From assembly GCF_030028105.1 (NCBI RefSeq), contig NC_092385.1:38468774-38532773 (forward strand): DNA of 64,000 nt, in the 5' to 3' direction. The DNA comes from Mobula birostris. Taxonomy: Eukaryota. The stretch's first letter is position 1; each line of letters starts with the position of its first letter. A program made the position numbers and the translations under genes. This document shows positions 1-11,484 of the stretch, one piece after another. The notes under the pieces are model-generated. The model was not told the origin of the DNA. It ran no database searches and was given only the letters and a program-made list of their open reading frames with translations.

Positions 1-91
1 TCAAGGCAGGAACTGGAACATTCTTTTTTTCCTCAGCAATCTGAGGATTGCTTGCCAAAACTGTTTCACTGTAAGACCGCCTCTCTACTTA

Positions 92-337
92 TGTTTTGTA
101 CTTAATACTTCTGTAGTATTTGACTAATATTGTAAATATATTATTTGATTAAGCATTCTTGTTCATTTAAATAATTTATTACAGGTTATATGTAAAAATA
201 AGTGGATTGCATACATCATAATGCTACCACATTACGTTTGTGTCTCAGTTAATGTAAACACAAAGTTAGACTTGCATTCCTGACTCTCTTCTTTTCCTTT
301 GAATTAGTTTAATGTTTTGGAGTTACAAAATGTAACA
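92..337 (+). repeat. 5' LTR of the Gypsy element
   Basis: Starts tgttttgtac, ends tgtaaca, and aligns with 2285-2532. Confidence 0.85.
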
Positions 338-2089
338 GTGATGATGAGGTATTTTTAAAGCAAACCCGAGACGCTGCTGACCTGTTGAAGTGCAGTGAGA
401 TGTTTGAGTTTATAAAAACACAGCGATCAATAGTCTGTTAAAAAAAACAGCACAGCATGTGCAGAAGCAGTCAAGGCAAAAAAGGGCAGAAAATGGAAGA
501 ATTCACGGGTTCATAAACAGAGGGTAATGGGTAATAGTAATCATTAAAAAAGAACAGAAATCACTGGCTATAACAGAAAGAATTACACATTTGATTCTCA
601 ATGGGTATCTGGCTCAAGTATACTGAGCTAACTGAACAGTATTTTGAAGAAAGTGAAATGGCCAATGAGAAATGAGTGCCAATTTTGCTGAGTACATTGG
701 GGTTCAAGGCATGCAAATGCTTCAAGGTCTAACTGCTTCAATCAAATGAGCCGAAGTGAGCTTTGCTAATAAAATGAAAGTAGTGCAGGAACATTTATAA
801 CCAAATCCATTGTTGATTGCAGAATGCTTTAGATTTTATAAGTGGAATCAAAAGGAAGAGGAGTCCATTTCAATGTGCAAGGCTGAATTGAAGAGATTGT
901 TTGAGCATACTAATTTCAATGATGGATTTAATAATGCACTGAGAGATTGTTTACTTTGTGGAATCTAACAAGGAAGCATTCAAAAATGGTTCCTAACTGA
1001 AGCACAACTTACATTTAACACAGCAGTTGAAATAGCTGTACCAATGGAAACAGTAAACAGAGACACAACTGAGCTGCAGTCAGGAATGTAAAGGAGCATG
1101 AACAAAATTGCAATGTCTAGATAGAGGCCTACCTGGCTGAACAAATTGTGTCACCTTTGTCGAAGGGGTTCACATTCACTAGACCAATACAGATTAAAAG
1201 GAGCAACTTGCAGTAGGATACATTAAAAGAGCTTTTCATCCAGGCAAAGATAAATGGACTACACAGGGAAGAGAAAAAGCCAAAAAGTCAAGTTGCAGTT
1301 TCAAAAAGAGCGCTAATCTATATGCTGCTGATGAAAAATCTGATAATTATGAGAATTTCACAGGACTGAGTAACCTTGAGATGTACAATGTGAAAACAAA
1401 TAATAGGCACACAATATGGCTTACACAATAAGTTAACAGCAAATTAATAAGACATATTACATCTGCACCATATCACCCAGTGACAAATGGCTAGGCAGAA
1501 AGGTTTGTCCAGAGTCTAAAGAACACACTACACTGACACTGAATCAGATACTCACCAATTTCCTCCTTGTATATCAGGATGCTGCACACTCTACAGCCAA
1601 CATCTCATCAGTTATGCTGTTCTTGGGTCGTCTCTTGTGCTCACAATTGGATTTCTGGAAAACCAATCTCAGAAGGAGTATGCATGAAAAGTAGCTGAGA
1701 CAAATCGAAGGGTCTGCAAACAAGGAGGTTCATGCTTCATTCTTGGATAAGCAGTCCTGGCAAGGGACTATGGAAGAGATCAAAAGTGGGTACATAGAAA
1801 GTTTAAGGACAGACCAGGACCACTCTCCTACACAACAGAGATTGCTTCTGATATCATCTGGAGATGACACATCGATCAGCTGAGGAGAGCAGAATGAATT
1901 GCTAGAGAAGAAAAGTAGCTACCACTGTCAGAACCACTTCCTTTCGCCTCAGTGTCAACTCCTAAAATCACCATGGAGATGGCCCCAGAACTTGAGATTG
2001 TTTTACAGCAATAAGTCCTACCCGCCAAACAGAGTGATCCCCCTTGTCAGGAAAAACGTTATCCCACAAGGGTAAGAAAGCCTCCACAA

Positions 2090-2156
2090 TAGGGGCTCCC
2101 AACCTGGGGTTCAGTTAACAGTAGGGATCCCTGGCATAAAAAAAAGGGCTGCTCTG
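2090..2156. mobile_element. Short hAT/Charlie-like MITE remnant
   Basis: aggggctcccaacctgggg...ggcataaaaaaaaggg resembles CAGGGGTTCCCAAC-type TIR MITEs; the right TIR is degraded. Confidence 0.4.
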
Positions 2157-2284
2157 CAGCGGACAAGTTATAATTTATTATGCTGTGGATGTCTGTAGAT
2201 AGTAGCTGTGTTATATGGTATACTGTATACATAGTTCAAGTACATTCTATATTGAGTTGGAGTTTATAGCTAAGCGGGGAGGAG

Positions 2285-2532
2285 AGATGTGTATTTAATA
2301 GTTCAGTAGCATTTGAGTAATATTGTAAATATATTATTTGGGTAAACATTCTTGTTCATTTCAATAATTCATTACAGTTTATATGTTAAAATAAGTGAAT
2401 TGCATACATCATGACGCTACCATGTGTTACGTACATGCCTCGTTTAAAGTAAACACCAAGTTAGACTTGCATTCCCAGCTCCCTTGTTTTCCTTTGTATT
2501 AATTTAATGTTTTGGAGTTACCAAACATAAAA
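2285..2532 (+). repeat. 3' LTR of the Gypsy element
   Basis: Follows the PPT and aligns with 92-337; both termini are mutated. Confidence 0.85.
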
Positions 2533-3825
2533 CTACTTGGTCGAACTTTGTACAGTGACATATGCTTTTGCTAATGATTCTTTTTCCGGAGTCAGTAACT
2601 CAACCTTCTCCCCACCAAACAAAACCGGTAATGTATCAAGTTGTCTAACGCCTCCCATTTTCTGTATCAAACCCCAAACTTCCCCTACCTGCATCTCTTT
2701 CCCAATGCTATATCAGTACATCCTACAATATATTTTCATTGGCCTTCTTAGTATTTTTCTAACTATAGCTTGAGCTGTTCTACAGGAAAGATGAATAGGA
2801 GTAACACTGCCCAACTTTCCGAAAACCTTTATTCTGCTCCTACACAGCTCTTTTACATTTATCCATCCACCAGGGAACATCTCTCTTTTTATTATTGCCT
2901 CATTGATTCCTTAGCTATTGAGTCGGGTACAGTACGTGAAGTATTATTACTCAATTCAATATCCTACAAAACCAAATGATCAGGAAATCTACTTTCACAT
3001 GTTCATCAAATACATCCCAATTTGTCTTTTTAAACTTCCGTCTGGGGATATGAGAACATTTCCTCTGATACACATTTATTCCCATTGTACAGATAATGGG
3101 GAAATGATTACTCCCCACTTTTGTATTATTACACGCTTCACACTTACACACCCTAGATATATCCTCAGATACCAGTGTAAGATCCATAGCAGAAACAGCA
3201 TTGTTAAATAGATTTATCCTTGTACTTCCAGAAAGTCTTTCTCCACCATCCCATTCACATTTGTATGACTACATCCTCACGGGCATTAAAATCCCCACAC
3301 CAAATTACCTTATTTTTTTCCCATTTCCACCCATACTTTCCAATATACCAGGTATTATCCTTTCACAAATATTATAAAAATATCTGTACTTTATTATTCT
3401 TTCCCCAAATTTCAACCACGATTGACTCAAGCAACCCCAATTTCAAAAACTCTGTGTGCTTTCCCATTTTTGACAGAGGTAGCCACTCCTCCTCCATTGC
3501 CCATTTTCTAATTGGGTCTTATATGAACATAAACTTTTATCTTAAAACTTAGGTTAGATTTCAGCCAGGTTTCCTGCACATATATAACATCAGGTTTATT
3601 TGGTAAATCTTCAATAACTTTCTTAAACTCTTGACCATTAGCTAACAGGCTTCTAGCATTCCATTGTAAGATTAGAAAAACCATTAACATCTCTCCTTTG
3701 AAGTCTGAACATTATTTACTCCTCCTTGTAAGGCATTATTAATAACTTCTAGAGTTACGTTTTTCTGCAGCTTTTAATATAATTTTAATTTTTTCTGTCT
3801 TACTTTTAGTTTGTGCTGTACAATT

Positions 3826-4332
3826 TGCCATCATTGGAGAGAGCCCAGAGGAGGTTCAAGAGGGCGATTCCAGGAATGAAGTGGTTAACATATGAGGAGC
3901 ATTTGGCAGCTTTGGGTCTGAACTCCTTGGAACTTAGAACAATGCAGGGGGATCTCATTGAAACCTACTGAATGTTTTAAGGACTAGATAGGGTGGATAT
4001 GGAGAGGATGTTTCCTGTGGTGGTGGTATCCAGAATTAGAGGACACAGCCTCAGAATTGAGGGGTAACCGTTTAGAATAGAGATAAGGAGGATTTTTTTA
4101 GCCAGAGTGTATTAAATCTATGGAATGCTCTACCACAGACTGCAGTGGAGGCCAAGTCCATGGGTATATTTAAGGCAGAAGTTGATTGTTTCCTGATCAG
4201 TCAGGGCATCAGAGGATATGGCAAGAAGCCAGGTGTACATGGTTGCGTGGGATCCGAGGTCGGCCATGATGGAATGGCAGAGTAGACTTGATGGGCTGAA
4301 TGGCCTAATACTGCTCCTCCATCTTATGGTCT
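3826..4332 (+). mobile_element. CR1 LINE 3' fragment inserted in Nimb copy A
   Basis: LERAQRRF.R.IPGMK.L.YEE.L and RGDLIETY-type CR1 ORF2 C-terminus, followed by 3' UTR gggctgaatggcct and a cttatggtct tail. Confidence 0.85.
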
Positions 4333-5599
4333 AAAAGTGACAAACTTTATCAACAGCCAGAGAATCCTTTTTTATACATTCATTCACTTTATTTTAAACT
4401 GTCTGTATTCTGGATATTAATAGGTATCATCAGCACTGTCTTCTGTACTGATTGCAGAGCCTCTGCATATGTGCCCATTTCCAGCCAGACACTGCACTTC
4501 CCACAACCTTCTTACATACAAGATACCCTGCACAAGCAGAGCTATGTTCTCCTCCACATTTGCTACAACTTAGCCTAACACCTTCTGTTCAATTGCCATA
4601 ATCATGTTCTCCACCAGACCACTTTTTAACCCTTTCACACAGCTGCTACATGACAAATTTATGGTATTGAAAACGTCAGAGAGGAGGCAGCACATAGACT
4701 CAAAAAACCATACAAATCATAAAACCTAAATTAACCATATCTGGCAACTTTCTTTTCCCCATCAAATTTAAATCAATACCAATAAGCTACCTACTCTAAC
4801 TCCACCATGAAACCCTTTTGAACATTTAGCATCCACAAATTTTCCCAATTAAATTATTCTTAACTTGGCACATGGATGCATTTCAAGGCACTCTAGAGAT
4901 TCATCCCCAAAGCCGCTGCCATTCTTATTTTGGCGTTATTTTCCTTTTCGCCACAGCTTTTAACCCCAAAACTTTCTCAAATTGCTTACTATCTTTACAA
5001 AATACTAAGCATGCCTCATCACTTAAAGGTTTTGCCCCCACAATATCAACTAATGCTTTTTTCAAATCATTAGTCTAATTAGACCAACAACCGAAACAGG
5101 TCCACATTCGAAACTCAACAAAACCTTAAGTTCTTCCTTCTTTCTTTTACTTAAATCCTGTTTGCTGCCTTCCTCACTGGACAATAAGCCACTGCTATCC
5201 TCAATGAGCCATTTATTTTTCCATTTCCCAGAATCCTGCCATTCACTTTCCTCCATACAACTCCTATCACCCAATACCACCTCCTGTTCACTGCCTCAAT
5301 CCTTTCTGACTATTTATGCCATCTCTCCCACCACCCTCCCCTTCTTCCTGCCTGAGGGAATACTCCCAACAACAGGCTTAGTCCTTCCCAATCTGCTTCT
5401 TCTTCTTCTATTTCCGGCTGTTTAGATGCATCTAGGTGTATTACAGCCCTCCGCAGGATGTATAATTAATTATAGAACTTAAAGGAACGCAAATTCTGGA
5501 ATACAACCTAGTCTCACGTATAAACTGAATAATAGAATCTTCAATTAGATGTTGATTCTCTTGATGGCCAAACAAAGATTTAATAGAAAACCAAAATAA

Positions 5600-8500
5600 A
5601 TTTAAGCCAGATAGCATCTAGATCCACATGCTTCTTTCCATTTTGTATCGATTACAGCTCAGCAAAACATGCTAGACTGTCTCTGAACTACCACAGTCAC
5701 ATAATCCAGTAGGATGTTTTCCTATTATCTTTAAATAATAGTTTAGCCCACAATGCCCCAACCTAAGTCTTGTAAATTTCACCATATCTCTACGACTTAA
5801 AAGGTAACAGTCTGAGACCTTTTTAACTAGTGGGTGACTAGAAAAATAATGCCTGGCCCTTAATTCATTTTTCCAATCCTTCTGCCACTTCTTCTCTATA
5901 CCTTTTTTAATCCCACTTCTCAATTCTGCTCTGCCTAGGGGAACTCTAATTTCTACTTGCCTGCTCTGTAAGGAAGACTTTGCAATGCCATCCACAATTT
6001 CATTTCCCTCCACCCCAGCATGCCCAGGTATCCATGAAAATCTAACTGCACAACCCATCTTCCCTACTCTAAACAACACTAAGAGAATCTCAATACTGTA
6101 ACTATGTCAGGACAAGCTTTTGATTTACTCCCTCTAATTGGCTCTAAAGCAGCAGCAGAATCCGAACAGATGATAACCCTATGTGGTCAAGAGTCTTCTA
6201 TCCACCATAAGGCCCAGAGGATTGCTAATAATTCTGTTGCAAAGACAGAAACACCATCTGAAACCCGGTGACCAATCTTAACTCCAAGTTGAGACACATA
6301 CATCCCAAATCCTGCCCTACTGCTCTCTGGGTCCACTAAGCCATCAGTAAAAATCTTCAGATAAGATCCCCATTTATTATTTAAATATTCATTTGTGATC
6401 AACGCTAATGAAATTGCACTGCTTCCTTTAAGCTGAAAAAGGAGGAATAGGTCTACTTCTGGTTCTGGAAAGAGCCAAAAAGGGATGGGTGGCAAGCAAA
6501 TTTGGTCAACTATGTCTTCCTCAGTCAGTTTCAATTTCACAGCCCAGTTATTAACCAAATCTAGAAATGGGTATCTTTTAATTTTACTTTGGTGCTCCGA
6601 CTTCCCCTACAAATGACGCTTTGATGGACAGCTGTGATTGAATCCATTTAGTTTTACCCAATACTGCAGGCCCAACTAAATTTATCTTAAGTGCAGAGGC
6701 ACTTCTCCCATCTCCACACATAATGCCAGGACTGTTGTTGTTCTAAAAGCTCCACAACAGAGTCTAAGTGCTTTGGACTGCACAGTGTCTAGTTTTCCAA
6801 GCACTGCCACAGCAGCGGAACCATAAGCAATACAACCATAATCTATAACTGATCTAATCATAGCTAGATATATTAAGTACATAGTTTCCCGCCCTGCTCC
6901 CCAGTCGCATCCAGCAATACTTCTCATAACATTTAAAACTTTCTCACATTTTCCAATTGTTTTATCTATATGAACCCTCCAAGTAAGTCTTTCATCAAAC
7001 CAGACACCTAAAAACTTGAATACCTTGACTCTTTCTAGTGGAGAATCACATAGACACAATTCACAATCAGGAATCTTTCTTCTAAAGCCAAAAATCATGT
7101 ATTTGGACTTAGAAGCAGAAATCCTGAAACCCCTTTATTAGCCCAGTTTTCAACTGATCTTAAAGCCTTTGTACCTGCCTTAATATATACTTGATGTTTC
7201 TTCCTCTTTTCCAGATTGCAGCATCGTCTGCAAACAATGATTTGCCAAATCCAGTCCCTACCTGATCAAAGATATCATTTATCATGACATTCAAAAGAAC
7301 TGGACTAATGACACTTCCTTGAGGGGTACCATTACCTATTTTAACTGACTTGGAGCTTGTTCCACCTATTCTTATTTGAATTGTCCTTTCCTTAAGGAAA
7401 CCTTTGATCCAATTAAACATTCTACCTCTAATTCCCGCAGCATAGAGTTTAATTAATAAGCCATCCTTCCATAGTGAGTCATATGCTCTTTCAATATCTA
7501 GAAATACACTTACCGTTACTTCTCTATTTTGAAATGCTTTTTTAATATCATGATCTAAAAGGGCAACAGATTCCATTGTTGATCTTCCAGTTCTAAAAGC
7601 ATTTTGATAGGCAGCAAAATGTCCCTTATTTTCCAAAAGATAAACAAGTCTGTTGGTGACCATTCGTTCCATAGTTTTACAAAGCACTGACATTAAAGCT
7701 ATAGGTCGCTACGAACTAGGACTAGACGTGCCCTTACCTGGCTTTAAAACTGGAACTACCACCGCATGTTTCCATTCTACTGGTAATTTTCCTTCTTTCC
7801 ACACTGAATTAAACAATGCTAGAAATTCTATTAATACAGAATCATCTAAATGCTTAAGCAATTCATAACACAGTCCTTCCCTACCAGGAGAAGTGTTTGA
7901 ACCTGATTGGACAGCTTCCTGCAATTCCTGAAGGGAGAAAAACAAATTTATGGAGCTATTATCATCCAAACTCCCGTCTAATTTCCAACTTTCCTTTAAC
8001 AATTTCCTTTTCAGATCACCTAACTCTCCAGAACTGTGTAACGCTTGGAACACCTCTACAAACATATCAGCCTTTTCCTTATTGGTTACAGCTTCAATAT
8101 CTCCTTCCAGCAAAGCTGGGATAGATGGTTTCCTATATATCCCTGACGTTCTGTGAATGATCATCCATAGCTGCTTTATAGGTGTCTCAGGGCCCAGAGT
8201 TCCACAAAATCTTCTCCAACTATCCCTCTTTGCATTTTTAATTACTCTCCTTGCTACTGCTCTTTCCTTTTTATACTCCATAACATTATCTAACACTGGG
8301 TACTTTCTTAATTTCCTGTAAGCTCTATTTCTGTTTCTTACTGCTATATCACAACTTTTATTCCACCACGGAACTAATGCTCGAGCCTTAAGTACATTCC
8401 ATAGTGGAATAGTCAACTGAGCAACTTTATGAATTACAGAACAGAGGGATTCATTCCAATTGTCTATGGAGTCCTCGCTATTAATCTCCTCTATTATATC

Positions 8501-9235
8501 CACAGCTTTCTCCTGATACTCATCCCAATGGCCCAGAGAAAAATTCTACCTAGCAGACCTCTCCTCAACTTCTACTATCAAATTTCTGCCAAATCTACAT
8601 AATGTAGGATACTGATCACTTCCTAGTGTGTATCTATCCATAACATCCCATTCCCCAACCTTAGCGAAGTTTGAGGAGGTGATAGATATGTCTAAGTGAC
8701 TACAAGTATTCTTTACAATATTAAATCTTGTAGGCCTTCCATCATTTAGCAGTACCATGTTGTATTTATCTAGAAACTCCTCTATTACCGCTCCATTACT
8801 ATCTTTACTTTCACTACCCCATATAGGATTATGGGCATTGAAATCTCCAACTCAGATTACTGGGGATTTTACCTTATTCATAATTTCATCCAAATCTGAT
8901 AATGTCATATTGCCTGGATTATAAAAGTTAATCAAAGTTATTTGACCACGAGAGCTCCAAACCTCCACAGCCACAATTTCAAGGTTAGAGTTAATATCAG
9001 GTCTTCTAAACTGGAGTCCTGTTTTTATGAAAGTTGCACACCCTCCACCAGATTTACCTGTTCTGTCAGCTCTCAAACGATCATATCCAGGGATCACAAA
9101 ATCTAAATGAGGCTTTAACCATGTCTCCTGTCTACTGATCAAATCAGGCTTGTCTTTAAAAGTTCCAACAAATCTTTTTAATTCTTGACCATTTGCAGAT
9201 AAACTTCTTGCATTCCATTGTAATATTAAAAGCAT
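5600..9235 (-). pseudogene. ORF2 of Nimb copy B (APE, RT, RNase H), fragmented
   Basis: ORF track pieces 8852-9268, 8546-8758, 7709-8503, 7160-7693, 6682-7098, 6187-6558 and 5672-6079 occur in canonical domain order. Confidence 0.9.
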
Positions 9236-9242
9236 TGTAATA

Positions 9243-10450
9243 CTAATTATTGGCCTCTTCATCCACATAAAGCTCCTCTGTACTCTCTGATCCCGACAAC
9301 TGGGAAGTATTCAGTGATTGTTTGTCTATCATATACTCATGTAATTTTTCTGGCAAAATCTGTTTTATATCAAGGAATCTCTCTGCAGCTCCAACAACTA
9401 CTTTTATCATATCCGACCTCTTTGCTATAGTTTTAGCCCCGACCAGTGCATCAGCAACAGACGCCAAAAAAGACTTTAGTCATCAACAACATGCCTGAAG
9501 GGACCATAGTTGGAGAACTCGGAATGAACTGACTCCCCATCATTGCAATCTTTTCTTTACTTATCCTTTGCTCTCTATCAACTTTCTTTACTGCTTCAGC
9601 ACACAATATTTTTTGTTAGATACTAACATCCTGAATCTGCTTTGCCTTACTAAAATACTCATCCTCTGAATGCCGCTATGTGGTCCCCTCCGCAGTTACT
9701 GCATTTAGGTACCGCTGCCTTACATGCTTTAATATCATAATCCTCTCCACACTTCATACATCTTCTTTTATCTTGACATGAACCAGCAACATGTCCAAAC
9801 CTCTGGCAATTATAACAGTGTAAGGGAGGCCTAATGTATTCTCTAACTTGATAAGACATGTACCCAAGGTAGACTCTAGTTGGAAGAACATCACCTGCAA
9901 AAACCAGAAGAACAGGGGAATCCCAATTACCACCTTCTCTCGATTTTAATTGTTTGGCTTCAATCACTCGACCACCTTTAATATTGTCCAAATTTTCCTT
10001 TTCAGTCATGCCAGACCAAATACCATACACTACCCCCTTAACTCCCTTCCTTTCTTTCAGAGTAATACACTCCACTTTCACAACCAATTTTCCCACCATT
10101 TTAGCACTGTTATATTGGTCAATATCCTTGCAACAAATTTTCAGCAATCCATTAGACAAAATCTTGGCCTAGAATCCTTTACCTATTTGGTCCTCTAATG
10201 CTGCTGCCACTTTCAAAGGATTAAGGGCTCTAAATCCTCCTTCTCCTTCCTTCTGACCTTTAATTTTATACGGAACTATAAATTCCTCCAATTCACCCAT
10301 TCTCCTCAATTTGTTGTCCCCCATTACTTCAGGTCTTTCACTTGATGCACCCCTTTTTTGGCTACCCTTACTTCTGGAGTATTCCACAGTCTCCCGCTCT
10401 CCCCTTTCAATCTCAACCCCCCCCCTCTTTTGCAGCCATAGGCTGCAAAC
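9243..10450 (-). pseudogene. ORF1 (gag-like zinc-knuckle protein) of Nimb copy B, fragmented
   Basis: Pieces 10169-10516, 9659-10159 and 9243-9467, with knuckles CYNCQRFGH, CMKCGED and CSNCGGDH. Confidence 0.85.
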
Positions 10451-10889
10451 TAACCCTTTCCAAACTACCAGGCTCCTCCACGCCAAAGTCCCCACCCACT
10501 CGATCAACAGCCCCAACTCGGGACCAAGGGAGCCAGCCAGCAGCCAACCAATTCGTCCTTCCCAATCCTACAGCTGCTCTTGAATTAAGCAGCTAATAAT
10601 CATTGCTTCTGTTCCAATGGCCATTCTGATTCTTCTTCTTCTTCTATTTCCGGCAGTTTAGATGCACCTAGGTGTATTACTGCCCTCCGCAGGATGTATA
10701 ATTAATTATAATTCCGCTTGCAAATGCTGTATGTGCACATTAAATAGCAATGCCGCAGATTGTTTTCCTTCTCAAATTTTGTCATGTGGTTTCCAAATAA
10801 TTGCATTGCCTCCAATTACATTAAATTCATTTGAATCATTTGTAAAAGTAAAAGCTTTTTGCTTGAGAATATTCATAATTGCATGCTTA

Positions 10890-11217
10890 ACATTTAAAAT
10901 TGTTGTTCCTTTTCTTGAATCAAAACCTGTAGTTGTTTATTGAGATCTTGAAATTCTTCCTCAGTTGATTCCATGTTTTCATTTTATAATCCGAATGTAG
11001 ATAATTCACTTTGCAACAAGTTCCTTTTTCCTTTTGTAACTTTGGAATAAGTTCCTCCGTTTTTAATCTGTTTTCCATGTCACTGAATTTTGACAACAAG
11101 CATCTTTTTCAGAAACCGTCTCCTTTAAATGCAGTACTGTTTCATCCAATCTCTTTCTAACTCACAGTTGTTCTTATTGAGTACTTCTTTTTGTTGATGG
11201 AGTTCTGTACATTTACC
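10890..11217 (-). pseudogene. Decayed coiled-coil coding fragment, probably host-derived, inside copy C
   Basis: With three frameshifts it reads GKCTELHQQKEVLNKNNCELE/KRLDETVLHLKETVSEKD/LLSKFSDMENRLKTEELIPKLQKEK/NLLQSELSTFGL*NENMESTEEEFQDLNKQLQVLIQEKEQQF. This is an E/K/Q/L-rich heptad-like pattern unlike any LINE ORF2 region. Confidence 0.55.
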
Positions 11218-11484
11218 CTGGGTTTCAACCATGTTTCTTGTAACATAAAATCTGAGGTTTTTCCTTAAATTCTGGTACATATTTCGTAAATTCTTGATCA
11301 TTTGCAATGACTTCTTTCATTCCCTTGTAATATATAAATATGTAGATATATACAGCCATGAATTTCCCTCCTCGCTTACCTGTGAACTGTTTGATCCTCC
11401 ATTCAGCGTATCTTTGACTACTTCCCACCTAAGCCCTGAAATACCAAGATATTTTTCTGCAGACTTGACTATAATTTTAATTTT

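Larger units (their letters stand above)
92..2532 (+). mobile_element. Gypsy/Ty3 LTR retrotransposon (K02A2.6-like), internally deleted and decayed
   Basis: Direct repeats of about 245 bp at 92-337 (TG...CA) and 2285-2532; PBS-like gtgatgatgagg at 338-349; polypurine tract aagcggggaggag at 2272-2284; gag remnants LIAECFRFYKWNQKEEESI and ALRDCLLCGI; integrase remnant HITSAPYHPVTNG*AERFVQSLK at about 1453-1521. Confidence 0.9.
1..5393 (-). mobile_element. I/Nimb-clade LINE copy A (decayed; ORF1 plus APE/linker of ORF2; runs off the window start; interrupted by Gypsy 92-2532 and CR1 3826-4332)
   Basis: ORF 3508-3690 LILQWNARSLLANGQEFKK..PDVIYVQETWLK is the APE N-terminus; 2951-3187 DLTLVS..GSNHFPI is the APE C-terminus; decayed CCHC gag remnants at about 4450-5300; 1-90 reads on the minus strand as ERRSYSETVLASNPQIAEEKKE, consistent with the APE-RT linker continuing across the Gypsy insertion. 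The 5' end is uncertain. Confidence 0.8.
5394..10554 (-). mobile_element. Full-length I/Nimb-clade LINE copy B (ORF1 CCHC gag; ORF2 APE-RT-RNase H-CCHC), inactivated by frameshifts and stops
   Basis: 13-bp TSD gtccttcccaatc at 5381-5393 and 10555-10567; (GAA)n tail at 5396-5410; ORF1 pieces with CYNCQRFGHVAGSC; APE ILQWNARSLSANGQE..QETWLKP; RT NGTPQGSVISP and LFADD; RNase H IFTDG, TELLAI, WIPGHAGVEGNEIVD; C-terminal RLRLGHCGLN..CDC. Confidence 0.95.

Noticed and set aside
85-2538. ctactt (85-90 and 2533-2538) as the Gypsy TSD
   Set aside because: It is offset by one base from the TG start and the 3' LTR end is mutated, so the TSD cannot be fixed.
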